A stretch of DNA of 64,000 nucleotides, taken from contig OZ260664.1 of assembly GCA_965285935.1 (NCBI GenBank), positions 18,228,001 to 18,292,000 on the forward strand. Reading direction: 5' to 3'. Positions 22,467-34,478 of this stretch are shown here, piece after piece. How positions within the stretch are numbered: position 1 is the stretch's first letter; each line of letters begins with the position of its first letter. The notes below the pieces were generated by a model, which did not search any database, was not told where the DNA came from, and worked only from the letters and a program-made list of their open reading frames with translations. A program made the translations under genes and the position numbers. This DNA is from Ophelia neglecta. Its lineage: Eukaryota.

Positions 22467-25400
22467 CTAAATAGAAATATTACATATAGAATTCAGTTGC
22501 CAATATAAATGTTAAAAATACCTCAATACCGTGCTGCAAGCCTGAATATTAAATATACACCATCCTCGACCAGGAAGGAAAACAAAAGCCAATTTAGGCC
22601 ATGGGAATATGAACATAAGACAAGGACGTGAGTTTGGAACAAGTGGCCAATCATAGCAAAGATGAATGAGTGGAAATGTCTCAAGTCGGGTATACAAATA
22701 CCCAACAACTATAGGAAGTAGGTAATTCCCACGGAACGCAGTTAAGCCCTTGCTATTACTTTATATGTTTAATGATTTGTAACCCAATGTGGTCTTTTAG
22801 GCTCACCTGTTCAGTCAGTTGCTGGTAGCATTCGGTTAAGACTTCCAGTTGTTTTTCAATGTTTTTTTTAGTCCACGTTTTATCGTGCGGGAACAACTGG
22901 TGACTCTGGTCCAATGTTAAGGTAGTCATACAACTACAAAAGCAAATACACAGGTTTGATATTTGTTTAACAATGAAGCAAAGAAGAAGGAAAAAGGAAT
23001 CATCCCAATTATTATCTAACTGTTATCATTAAAAGTTCTGAATATCGCAATAATTAAGGGTTGAATATTTTATATCTCATTTGGTTTAATGCAATGTGAA
23101 ATGCCCTTTTTTGTGTGTTACAAATATCCTTCATCGGGACTGTTACAAGAGAAAATACACAATTAAAAAATGATGAATTGGTGAATTTTACTGAGATAAT
23201 ACCTACCGATACAATTTGTGCTTGGGCTGCAAGTAGCGTCTCTCTGGGGACTCAAGCTCAACCAATCGTAGACCGTCGTCTGAGCCTCTGATATTGGACC
23301 AAACACGTTTAATGAACGCCATCCTGCGCTCTATGTGAACTGCCATAGTCACGGTTGATATCTGCCAGGTATGTGCTTCATTGTTCTATTAATTCACAAA
23401 GCAAGTTTGTATCATTTACATTGACATAATATGTTTGTTATGTTCATAAAAAGATCCAACTGTTATAAAATAAGGCATAGTTTACCACATATTTGAATCT
23501 TATTATCGAACATTTGAAAAAAAACAATAACACAAACTTGATACATTTTAATACTTAACAAAAAATGCTTCAGTTCTATACATTTTTACTTGCCAAACCT
23601 GGGTTCAAACCAGTATAAACACACCTGTACATGAGAGTATGTGTCCGTCATCATAGCGATCAGTAGATTGAGGAAAACAATGGTGGTTAATATTATATAA
23701 ATCAGGTACACTATCTTAGGGACGGTCGGATTGAGTCCTGCTGCCCTGTAACTGATTTCGAACTCCTCGGTGAGAAAGAGGTCTCCCATTCCAAGCATCA
23801 TATTGAACGTCATGAATAATGTGTCCCAAACGGGGGTCGTGTAATTAGGGTCAGAGATTAAGAGTGCGTGAAGGGCAAAACCAAACGCCAGAAGAATAAA
23901 AATGTAGACAAACATAAATCGGGTCATATTACACACGAATATGTACTTTAGTATCTCGTTGAATGCATAGACAGATTTAAAGCCTCTTAGAAAGCTGGTT
24001 GCATAGAGCCATCCTATGATGAGGATGACAACTACCAGGTAAACTTGATTTGTATTTGACATGAGATGCAGAACGTACCACGTGATAACAAAGGTACAAA
24101 ACAATAGCGCCGCTAGGTGGTGAAGATGATCGGCAAACGACAATGCTATGTCTGAGACTGAGCGTTTACTGTTCAGGTAAGGTACATTCCATTCTTTGGC
24201 AGACTTCTGCATTACTCGTTGGAACGTTCTAGATTGTGACCCCGTTATAATGATAACAATAAGGTAGTATATTTCGAACATGAGCAGGCAACCAGGCCAT
24301 AGAAGAAAACCCAAGTACTCAATATTGGTTTCCCTCTTTGACACATGCCTTATGGAGTAAGGTAGTACGCGGAATGAGTAAGCTGTAAAAAGGCTCATGT
24401 GAATAACATGCACTATCATCATAATGCCGTAAGTCCACTGATATGCCGACCAGTAACCCTTGACCAACTGTTTTATAGGGGTGATCTCTAGAATCTGAGC
24501 TGCGGTAAGGTCATTCCCACTGGTTGACAGTATATCCAAACAGCTGCTCATTTTAGTCCCAGATACAAAGTTTTCCGCGAAAGATACAACATTGCATCTG
24601 ATTTTTTCGGGATCAGCTGCCGGAATTAGATAGGTGACATCATAGTCGTAGATGATTTCTCCATAAGTTCCCTTGTTCTGAGCAAAGCGATACACTTTAG
24701 GCGTGTTCAGGATTTTTTCCAGCATCTGGGATGCCCCGAGTGCAGTTGCCATGCCCACTACAGTGAATCCCTTATCGTTATTGGTGCAGGCCGTTAACTC
24801 AAGCACGGCGTACCTGTCAATGGAAAACAAAATTAGCTACACTACAGTTTGCAATAGTTTATAACTAGCAATGAAGGAAAGTTTGAGATACTACTGTCCT
24901 TTTCACACAACGTGTTACGAACGGTGTTCTTATCATGTCGATGATAAGTGTATGGATACGCAGATGCTTTTCCTAGGTCCCACCTTTTCAGTTGCCCATG
25001 CGCAAAGCTTGTCTGGTTTGGAATCTCCGCATGCTTTGTTTTACACCACCAGACAACAGATTCTTCCACAATGACATCGTACACTTTTAGCATGAGATCC
25101 GTCTTGTGAGGTTCAATGACTGTCTCAGCCACCACTGAGTGAAGAACAGTGTCGCCTTGGCTGTTTTTGGCTAACAGATTAGCACCTTTTCTCATCAGAA
25201 GTCTGGCAACCCAAAAAAAACCACACATTTATCAATTCAAAAACTTTTACCGGTTGAACTAGAACTGTACAGAAAGCGGTATACCTTTTCTTATGCATGT
25301 GGATCAAAATAAGAATATTCTATACAAACTTGGAGACTTGCGGCCTTTGCAAGAGCCTGCGCTTTTCTGTCTGATTTTAACAACATACCTGTAGCCCTGG

Positions 25401-28400
25401 TGCCTAAATTACTGACCCAGGGTAATAAACTCTGATTATAGCGAAGACATGTTGTAAAATATACGGATGAATATTCCGCCAAATAATTTTACACAAAAAT
25501 GGGAGTGGATACCAGGCAGACAAAGCCAAATTATTGATTAAGAAAGGTCCATTAAAACGGTACACATCAGGAACCAGCAGTCACAAGCCACTTGCAAAAA
25601 TAAATAGATCTACAACCCCCAAACAGTAAACAAATATATATCAAAATGAAACAATCGAAAACAACATTTAAATATAACTAGCAATAAGAAGTAGTCAACT
25701 GTTTTCCGTGAGGCGAGGTGTAACATAAAACGCGAATCCATTATAACACATGCTTCGAGGATTGTTGAATCCTATAAAAGACTCACACAGGCTTAGGGAT
25801 GGTCAATACAGTCGATGACTCCCTTTCGGACTTTTCCTTTGTAGTATAAGTTCTAGTTGCCATTAGTTTTAACAACTACGCGGTATCAGGTTGTCATCTT
25901 TAACCTGATCTATTCCGCCCATCCAAAGCCTAAAGGCCATGTGAATCTGCTTCATACTGATATAGTATCGTAAATTACAGATGAACGTGATCAGTCATAA
26001 TAAAAGCGTGACTGGTTCACTTTACACGGTTAACATTTTTTATTGCACCATCGAGGAGATCTGATACCAGCTTTGCCTCATATAACTGTACGAACCTTTC
26101 ACGGCCCTCTTTTTCTTGTGTTTATTGAGACAATTTCATCTTCAGTGTCAAAAATTCTGAGGGTGTTTAGACCACAATATGCCCTCCTACGACATATTAC
26201 ATCGATGTTCTATATTTACTACTGTGGTTTTGGTAATGTGACTCGGAGTTTGGGAAACTTTTGGCTTTTCCTGGTTTTAAGTGTATATTCATTTCTGGTG
26301 CCCATTTTTTTAATGTGCATTATAAGTTAATTTGCTGGGGCTTGGGTTGATGTCTGTGATCCTGTGTTCGGTGGATCCTAGTTTTTCGGACCATTTTTTT
26401 TCCGTTGTGTATCCACTCCCGATTTTTACATTGGTTCATTACTGTTTTATAATTTGAACTTGCTTATCTTCAATTTTTTACCTACAGTTTACATATACAA
26501 TAGATATCATTGTTCTAGCGATCAGGACCGCAAGTACCTGACACTCTCCACACTGCCGTTCTTAGCACATATATGCAGGACTGTTTCCTTTTCATAGTTT
26601 TGTTGGTCGATTTGAAAATTGCAATGGTCTCCAAAAACAGCAATCATTTCTTTTATGAACAATGATTTGTTTCGTATTGCAGCTTCGTGCAAGGCACTGT
26701 TACCTATTACAATACATAAAGAATAAATGCACACAAATAGCAATAATTTGTGTTAAACACTAATGCTTCGTTACTTTCAGAGTGTTCCATTAGGATTTAA
26801 GAACGGCTGACTGTGTGTTATATATATATAGCTGGAAATTGATACATTTTGCTGATGCTTTAGTTACTTGCCATTTCCATCCACAGCCCCAGAATCCAGA
26901 CTCACCAACGGCTTTACACTATCTAATTTGCCCTTTTTAGCCGCCAGGTGGAGTGGTGTTTTGCCGTCGTTATCTGCTTCGTCAAGTAGGTAGAGGTTTC
27001 CGCTTTCCTTTATGGCATTTACTATATCTATGGTGACCTTGGCTGAAATCTGCATGACTGAAGCCGCAACATGTAAAGGCGTCCGTCCATAGTTGTCCTA
27101 AACAAAGTTGTGTAAGACGAACAAAACGGATTGGTATAAATCTGCTGGATGCGTAAGGGGCTCATTTTTATTTCTGATAGTTACATTTGCCAAAGACGTC
27201 AGTGACAAATACTAGGATAACAAGCATTGTTAACACTTTGTTTTTTATTCAAAGATACGTTTACGAAAGGCAAACATAGAATATGTATATATTCACAACT
27301 GTTTCATTTATTCATTGGTAAACTTGTTACAGGAATACCTCTGTGGGTCACCGACAATTCCAACAAGGCTACTTATGACATTTAGGAGAATAAGTGACTA
27401 ACCGCTATTCCCAGACTGGCCTTGTTTTCCATAAGGAAGTATATAGCGTCCTTCTGATTTGACCTGATGGCCACGTGAAGCGCTGTATCACCTTGGATGT
27501 TCCTTTCATCAACATCAGTGTGGTTAATGAATGCCCTTAATACGTCCATGTTCCCCTCAAGCGCACCAATATGGAGGAATGTGTTACCATCATCATCTAC
27601 CTCATCAGCTTGTGACTGGACAGCGGGGAAATTGCCAAGCAGGATGGTTGTCATATCCGGACTTGTGCGCACGGCTAGGTACAGCGGACTCTGTTACAAC
27701 ATATCAGATTTAAACACTCGAACAGAAATAGTTTTGCCCCAATTAAAGTTTGCTACGAATTCATAGCCTAGAGGTGAACAACTAGTAAGAGTAAAAAAAT
27801 AATTGCTTTACAATGACAATTTTTTTGTTGATTACTAAAATTCTGATAGACCAAATGAAGATAAATTGTAAATGTCCAAAAGAATGCCCAGGGTCGGTAA
27901 ATCACTGTTCTCATTGATACTGACAGTACAACTGGTCAAATTTAGGTTAACCGTACAATGGGAAAATCACTGCCCTGTTTATATGGAAAAGACATACCAA
28001 CTTTTTTCATATTTATCAACAAATGGCCTATATTAACTTACCTGCAGGGTGTCTATTTTCGTCGCCAGTTGATTTGTTGCGGCGTTTTTAATCAATATTT
28101 TTGCCGCCTCACATCTATCATGCTTTGCAGCAAGATGCAACGGCGTGTCACCCTCAACATTTTGTTTATTCAGCATAGTGTGAGTAGCGCCTGTAACAAA
28201 CGTTTCTAGAATTTTTAAGCTATTACTCCTAACAGCTACGTGAAAAAAGTTTTCGCCGCGGGAATCGCACTCTTCTTTGTTAATTCCCAATTGGATAAGT
28301 TCGCTGATTAATTCTGGATTATCCAAAGTTGCTGCCTCGTTAAGTGGCGAAACTGCTGCCTTTAGTGTATTTGCTACCACATTTAAACAATTGGTATACA

Positions 28401-30496
28401 CAGCAATCGCTTGTTCTACTACATTTTCGGCAGCATGCGAGTCGGTATTGCCCTGGCTGATTCTGACTTTGTATTTCTCAACTAATACTGATAAAGTTTC
28501 CCTCCTGAACTCCGCATTATTAGTCAGCGCAAGTTGCCATGCTGATTGTTGATTGTAGTTTCTCGATGATATGTCCGCCCCTAAATCAATGAGTAGTTTC
28601 AAAGCATTTACGTGGTTGCCTTTGACCGCATACATAAGTGCCGTGTGTCCGGATTTGTCCATCGCGTTGACATCTAGGTTTTTCGATGGCTGCCCAGCCG
28701 CCAGGATTTCGATAATATTCACGCGGCCTAACGCCGCCGCGAAATGCAAAGCGGTCCGTTGTTTGGTATTCTGTGAATTTTTATCTACGTTCTTACGCAA
28801 GAATATATCGACTATATCTTGATTACCAAGAGCGGCGGCGAGTATCAGGGGCAAGCCAAAACCCCGCGACCTGAGAGGTGCTATGTCCGTGCCTCGCTTT
28901 GACAGCAAGAAACGGACGATGTCTGCTCTCTCGTATCGGACCGCCCAGTATAGAGGGGTGGAGCCGTTTGAAGTTACATAATTCACATTGGCCTTCAGGT
29001 CTACTAATTTCTTCGTTGTCTCCATATAGCCGCTTCTTATGGCATAGAACAGGGGTGTCGCCCCATTGGCGTGGCTGTTATCTATGGTTGCCCCCTGTGA
29101 TATTAGGGACTCCACCATATCTGTGTCTCCTCTGAAAGCAGCCATGTGAAGTGCGCTTAAATGGTGTAGCTTTCCATTCAACCCATCGGTTTTGCGGACA
29201 GTGATTTTGTCTATAAAGCCCGTGTTTACCCTCCAGAAGTGCCTTTGTTTGGTAAATGTAAGAATGCGCTTCAATAGGTTCAGTCGCTGGGGGTCGCCGA
29301 TTTCGGCGTTCTGGACGAGTGCATGTAGTGATGTCTGTTTGGCCTGGCGGTTTTCTATGAAAATGTCATATGGGGCAACCACCAATTCTTTGCTACATAT
29401 GTCTAATAAGTACTGAATTACGTTCTTACTGTAACACTCTAAAGCAATATGCAGTACATTTTTCGCGGTATTTTTCTCTGTCCATTCTGTGTTGCTCAAA
29501 TTATGAATCGGGTTGATTTCCTCACAGATTGTCTTACAGGTGGCGACATCATCGTACTCAGCTGAATTGAACAACTGTAGCCGTCTTTGCTCCCCTGATT
29601 GCGTCGAAGTTAAACCTGGGGCTATTAAGGGCACATCTCGCTGTTTCCGCGGACTGCTCGTCTGATGGATCACGGCCTGAGAAGGTTCCCATGCTTTTTT
29701 CACCTTTAGACCCAAATGCCGCACGCCTGATTTGTTTGATTGGCAATATTTTGGTATGGCTTGACGTTGTTTAACATTATTGCTAGTAGTGTTCCTTGTT
29801 CGTTTGTTACTGTTTGTTGAAACTGTTGGCTCATTGGCAGGAGTAACTTCCTGCAAAAGAATAACATGATTACCAAAAAACTATGATTTTTCTTGTTGTA
29901 AAAATTTCACTTATCGGGGATATAGTGTTATTTGATCAAAATTTGCAGGAGCTAGTTGTTCTACAAGGTCCAATTGCAATTTAAGTTATTAAAGCACTGG
30001 TATAAATGACCCTGTACACGAACAAAGACTTCTTAATAATGTATGTGCATATATTCAGACTGTATGGTAGTTTGTGTGATGGATGGCACTTTACGTGCGT
30101 TCAAACTGATTTTACCGCGTTAAAGTAGGTTAAATTCCCTTATTTTGCGAATGTTTTCGCTTTGCAGCCACTTCAAAATTAAAAGCCACGTTGTATTAAA
30201 ATATTAAATACACTCACGTTTGAAATTATCATTATTAAGAAAGAACTAGATAATCTTAACAGGGCTTGCTCGTTTCTTTCATTATCAACAACATGTCTGG
30301 TAAGTTACGTCGAATAACTGTATAATGAAAACTGTCTCTGGTTTCACAAACATTTTATAAATATTACCTGTTTTTCTTCCTCATCCAGTGATTCCGACAC
30401 ATTACAGTCCGTATTAAGCTTTACAATCAACGCTCTAAAATCATCGTCCAAGTCGGGATTTGCATTAGGATCAGCCGGTAGATTGAATACATCCAT
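22362..30496 (-). CDS. TRP cation channel paralog B, TRPV-like pore with ~20-22 ankyrin repeats; complement(join(22362..22466,22807..22933,23207..23385,23625..24813,24984..25202,26538..26703,26872..27097,27403..27690,28042..29850,30368..30496)), ~1478 aa
   Basis: Same exon order and phases as paralog A, open throughout (4437 nt). In-frame TAA 9 nt upstream of the ATG. Pore FNMMLGMGDL, S6 LNLLIAMMTDTY, TRP helix TWQISTVTMAVHIER. The frame of the last exon is uncertain. Confidence 0.9.
22807..22933 (-). CDS. TRP paralog B exon 9 (coiled coil)
   Basis: tttgtag|T TGT; CMTTLTLDQ...NIEKQLEVLTECYQQLTEQ; CAG|gtgagc; 127 nt. Confidence 0.85.
23207..23385 (-). CDS. TRP paralog B exon 8 (TRP helix)
   Basis: aatag|AAC AAT; NNEAHTWQISTVTMAVHIERRMAF...KLYR; CG|gtaggt; 179 nt. 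Confidence 0.88.
23625..24813 (-). CDS. TRP paralog B exon 7 (S1-S6, pore)
   Basis: ttgacag|G TAC; 6 TM helices, GMGDL filter; CAG|gtgtgt. Confidence 0.93.
24984..25202 (-). CDS. TRP paralog B exon 6
   Basis: gccag|A CTT; KGANLLAKNSQGDTVLHSVVAE; AG|gtggga; 219 nt. Confidence 0.88.
25495..26427. mobile_element. ~0.93-kb non-autonomous TIR element in intron 5 of TRP paralog B
   Basis: Left AAAAATGGGAGTGGATAC and right GTATCCACTCCCGATTTTT are inverted repeats. The intron is 1335 bp versus 166 bp in paralog A. The same terminus recurs at ~1455-1483 and, inverted, at ~59101-59148. Confidence 0.6.
26538..26703 (-). CDS. TRP paralog B exon 5
   Basis: aatag|GT AAC; GNSALHEAAIRN...KETVLHICAKNG; AG|gtactt; 166 nt. 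Confidence 0.88.
26872..27097 (-). CDS. TRP paralog B exon 4
   Basis: tttag|GAC AAC; GRTPLHVAA, GKTPLHLAA; GC donor AATG|gcaagt; 226 nt. Confidence 0.88.
27403..27690 (-). CDS. TRP paralog B exon 3
   Basis: taacag|AGT CCG; GNTFLHIGA, GDTALHVAI; GCG|gttagt; 288 nt. Confidence 0.9.
28042..29850 (-). CDS. TRP paralog B exon 2 (~13 ankyrin repeats)
   Basis: ttttgcag|GAA GTT; 603 open codons; CAG|gtaagt. Confidence 0.92.
30368..30496 (-). CDS. TRP paralog B coding exon 1
   Basis: MDVFNLPADPNANPDLDDDFRALIVKLNT...EEKQ; CAG|gtaata. Missed by the ORF track. Confidence 0.85.
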
Positions 30497-31236
30497 GCTA
30501 GCTTAAAAGACGGTAATGTTAAGTGAACGTGTGTACTGTCCAAAGGAATTAACGTTTCATGCGGATGTTGTTGTCATCGTTAATACCATGACATGTTATT
30601 TGTGAGGTGCTTTACGACTTTACACGCCCTCCCTTTACATGTAAATTTGGCAAGTTGTTGGATTGTTAGTCACCACATTTAGGCAAAATGATATTCCAGA
30701 ATGGACCATCGTATTACGTCAATACAACATGGTACATGTTCCTAACTTTGTATGCTACGCTCCTGGTACATTTTAAGGCCCAGCCATGTTTATGACCTTT
30801 CCAATTATTATCATCCACAGATTCTGTACGACAACAGGCACAAAAGTTGTTTCAATTTAGAAACAAATGCCGATTTTTTTATTCAATGTCCACTCAAGTG
30901 TGTATCCCTGCAGAAGAAAATGTTTGGTCTTAGCATTATAATCCGTGCATGGTTAATTACTGGGGTGTGTTCTAGTGAGGCAGGTGCGGCTCACCCGTTA
31001 CGGATCAATGAAAACCGGAGACTGAGCTGCACGCGTGCGATGTGTAGCTATTTCCATGACGACCACATAGAATCAATACATTATTAAAAAGTAGAACGGC
31101 GGAGTTAGCCAAATGGAACGTCGTGTATAATTTAAGTCATTGCAAAGCTTAGCGTCGCAATAGACCTCTAGCGTGGAAATCGGTATTCGTAATAATGAAA
31201 GTAGGAATATACGTCACATATTGAGTCATACTTTAC

Positions 31237-31345
31237 ATCGAGTTTCGAGTTAAATAAGCGAGTTTCGAGTATGAAAGTTCGAGTGTATAGTATAAAATGT
31301 CGAGTTTCAAGTCAAATATTAGAGTTTCGAGTATTATGATTCGGG
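31237..31345. repeat. Degenerate 21-bp minisatellite (CGAGTTTCGAGT core), ~5 units
   Basis: cgagtttcgagttaaataag / cgagtttcgagtatgaaagtt / cgagtgtatagtataaaatgt / cgagtttcaagtcaaatatta / gagtttcgagtattatgattc. Confidence 0.7.
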
Positions 31346-31362
31346 TCTCTGCTACGAGACTT

Positions 31363-34101
31363 CATCATTATGGTATTTAAATAAAACTGTAGTACACGCT
31401 ATATTTTACACACAAGCAAATGCTCTGTTAGAAACTATTTTAGAGGTGTATTAATGCACTTGGTCGCAGCACTGTGAAACCACACTACTTGTTACAAATG
31501 GTACATAAACTGTTCAATTATAAGACATTGCACTACTAATCAGGTGAGGTATTGGCAGCGGTATCCTACATCTTAATCGGTGTGTCAATCTAGAAAATAT
31601 TACTATCGTTTTCCCAATAAAGAAAGGTTGCTTGGCTGGGCATACAAAGCGTGTTCTAGTCACGCTGTATGTCAATGATTACTGACTTAATACTGTCAAC
31701 CAAATTGTGATTAATCTTACTTCGGGAAAATAACAGTAATGAGGTAATTACATATTATCAATAAAAGAAACAGCTTTTGATGATATCCATGGGTCATTCG
31801 CTGGTGTAGGAATCTCACTGGGTTGTCTTCTATGAACGATGAATGTTTTAGCCGATCAAGAGTTTGAAACAAATTCTTGGATTGGAAAAATGGACTCTAA
31901 GCCAGGATGTGAAGTGTATAGCTACGGCTTTGGTAGCGAACTAGAGGCAATGCCATTAATGCATTTGCCAAAAACAATGTAGAATTTCAGAACAATGCTG
32001 TTAATCTGAAACTTTTCTTCCTTTACAACCCGTGTATAGCTGCCTCGTGTACCATGTGTTCTCATGATGCAATGTGCCCTTTCAGTCATATATTCTGTGA
32101 AGATGTTTGCAAATATTTATCTGATGTGCGTAATTGTTTCTGGTGTGTATTGATGGATACTGGAGATGTTGAAAATTTCATCAAACTAGAAAACATGAGT
32201 GATATTGATGTTGCTGTAACGCTCCTGGGCAGTAGTACATGTATATCCTTGCAATTAGACATAAAAGATGCTGACCAAGTGATGATATTAGTTTGCCAAA
32301 CTTTTGGCCATTCTGTAGGCTCATATACAAGTATACTTATGTGAATCATTAAATAAGATAGCGTGATATGCTGTAAACGCTCACCTTTTATAGCGTTATT
32401 GGTTTGATTTATTATTTATTTCATTTGTACGATGTGCTTTTGCTCTCATAAGGTTGAGGAGAATACACCTAATCAATCATATATACCAATGCTCCGTTTA
32501 CTGTACATCATTGTGATAAGGGAAACTTGGAATGTACATAAAATCTCATTGCCCAAATGTACAGGTTCACATATCAAGTCAAATTAAAGCCCAATAGTAG
32601 TTTCTCAACTGGTGTCTCTTTGGTGGCGTTTCATAAGGTTGGTATTTCTTATGTGTTTGAAGTCTTTGACAGTGGAACAATGGTAATCAGCTGTCTGCTT
32701 CATAGTTGCCATGCTGCAATTAAGTACAGAAGCGCCAAATAGGCTTTGTGAATTATTAGTAATATCATACCTAAGTGACATCCTCTAATTATTGATGTAC
32801 GCTACACAGGGTTTATAACTACCACGTAGTATACAATTAATACAAGTCATGTCATATTCATTGCCAATAAGTCACAATTTGTGGCTAGCAAGCCAGTCAC
32901 TCACGCAAAAGACTCCAAACACGCGAATTGCAAAGGGCTCGGAAGCACGTGTATGACAAAGGGTACGGAGCACTAATGCAACACTGTGCGGCTTAGGCAG
33001 TCAGCCGTGGCCAGTAAATCAGCCAATACAAAAGGCCAGGAGCACTCAACCTGTCAGTCCGAAAATCTCTGATTATATTGGTTGGTCATGCTGGACCAAT
33101 ATAAATGGCCTTCAAACATATCTATAACAGAATACACAGAACGCCATTTATAATGTCAGAGATTCTCAGAACATCAACCTGTGTGTCAACCCAAAAATTG
33201 CAAAATGTTAGGAGTAAAGTGAGACTGACTAGCGAATAAAAAACAATAAGAAGGTCGACCCCCAAAATAATAATACACCTTAATAAAGATGTGTTGCTAG
33301 GTAAAACCGCTGCAGTTTCTAAGAGTGACTGGCAAACATTCAAAATTAACCACCCCTAGAGTTTCCAGACTTACGGTTACTCACAAACTGAGAGTAGGAA
33401 TATATTTAGACACAAATAACAAGGTGCTGCTAAGCCAAAATATTGCACAGTTTCCGAGAGTGACAGGCAAAGAATATAAGCACTCTTAATTGTTAAGGTT
33501 CCCAGACTTAATTTTGCACATAAAACAATAGAGGTGTGGCTGGGTTTAGATAATTGCTTTTAAATAAATGTAAATATTAAAAGGTCACTCCAACTTCTCT
33601 TCAAATATATTGAAATATGATCTAAATAGAATGCAGCTTATTGTGGGGGTCCTCTAGTAAAATCCTAAAGCCAATATATTAGCAACCAACCTACGTTTAA
33701 ACCTGATATGCAAACATTAAAGGTACGCCCCGGAGAGGCGTAAACGCAATACGAATGATTTTGCTAAGTGGACATGTTTTATGTGAAGTCTTCGTGCAGA
33801 AAGAAGTAATAGATTACATAGTTGGAAAAAAATTAAAAAACACTTGTGTGACAAGGAGAACTATGATCAATAAGTTATTTTCTCGAGAATAAACGATGCT
33901 GTAACAATAACCACTTTTAAATTGTACTTAATCGAATAATGTGATTATGAATACAAACATCATTGTTCATTCACATTTGCTTACTTAAATTCAAATAGGC
34001 TTATTGCCATGAAAAACACATAGGATTCACAATAAATGAACACAGATAGTCCCTTTACATGGCAATGAGGATAGACAACTAGTGTTGTATGTCCCCTCTC
34101 C
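31363..34101 (+). repeat. 2.7-kb direct repeat, copy 1
   Basis: Starts CATCATTATGGTATTTAAATA and ends TGTATGTCCCCTCTCC; collinear with 34479-37227. The ORF track shows duplicated peptides (32557/35687, 33122/36251). Confidence 0.97.
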
Positions 34102-34478
34102 AAGGATGAGCGTCTCGTGTATTTATATATTTGACCGATTGAACATTACGGTCTTCGTGATTTAGTGTACCTGAAGAAAGAAAAATAAGAATCAACTTTC
34201 CAACTTTTTCCTCTTTTTCTTGAAAGCATGACGCATTCTCTCTCAAAATCTGCTATTTTCACCTTTCATAGAATAGTTGTTGTCTGATAGATTATAACCT
34301 GTTCTTGCTAGATATAGTATTCTTCCCCGTATACACGCCTTCAGATGTCAGCAGCAAAAAAACGGATGTGTTATATGATCAAATGAAATTTAAGCAGACA
34401 TATATTCGAATAATATTTGCATTGTATGTAACCAAGCTCGTGGTTTTACTTTGAATGATTATCACTACCATATAAGAA

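Noticed and set aside
30218-30296. Extra small exon in intron 1 of paralog B (ccag|...AAC|gtgagt)
   Set aside because: In the required phase 0 it hits TGA after three codons, and paralog A has no counterpart. At most a poison exon.
12805-30496. Assigning TRPA1, NOMPC or TRPV1/5/6 gene symbols
   Set aside because: The ankyrin count suggests TRPA/TRPN while the pore is TRPV-type; orthology needs a phylogeny.
31943-32349. Cys-rich ORFs inside the duplicated unit as a gene
   Set aside because: No recognisable domain, and copy 2 is frameshifted at ~35365, so the frame is not preserved.
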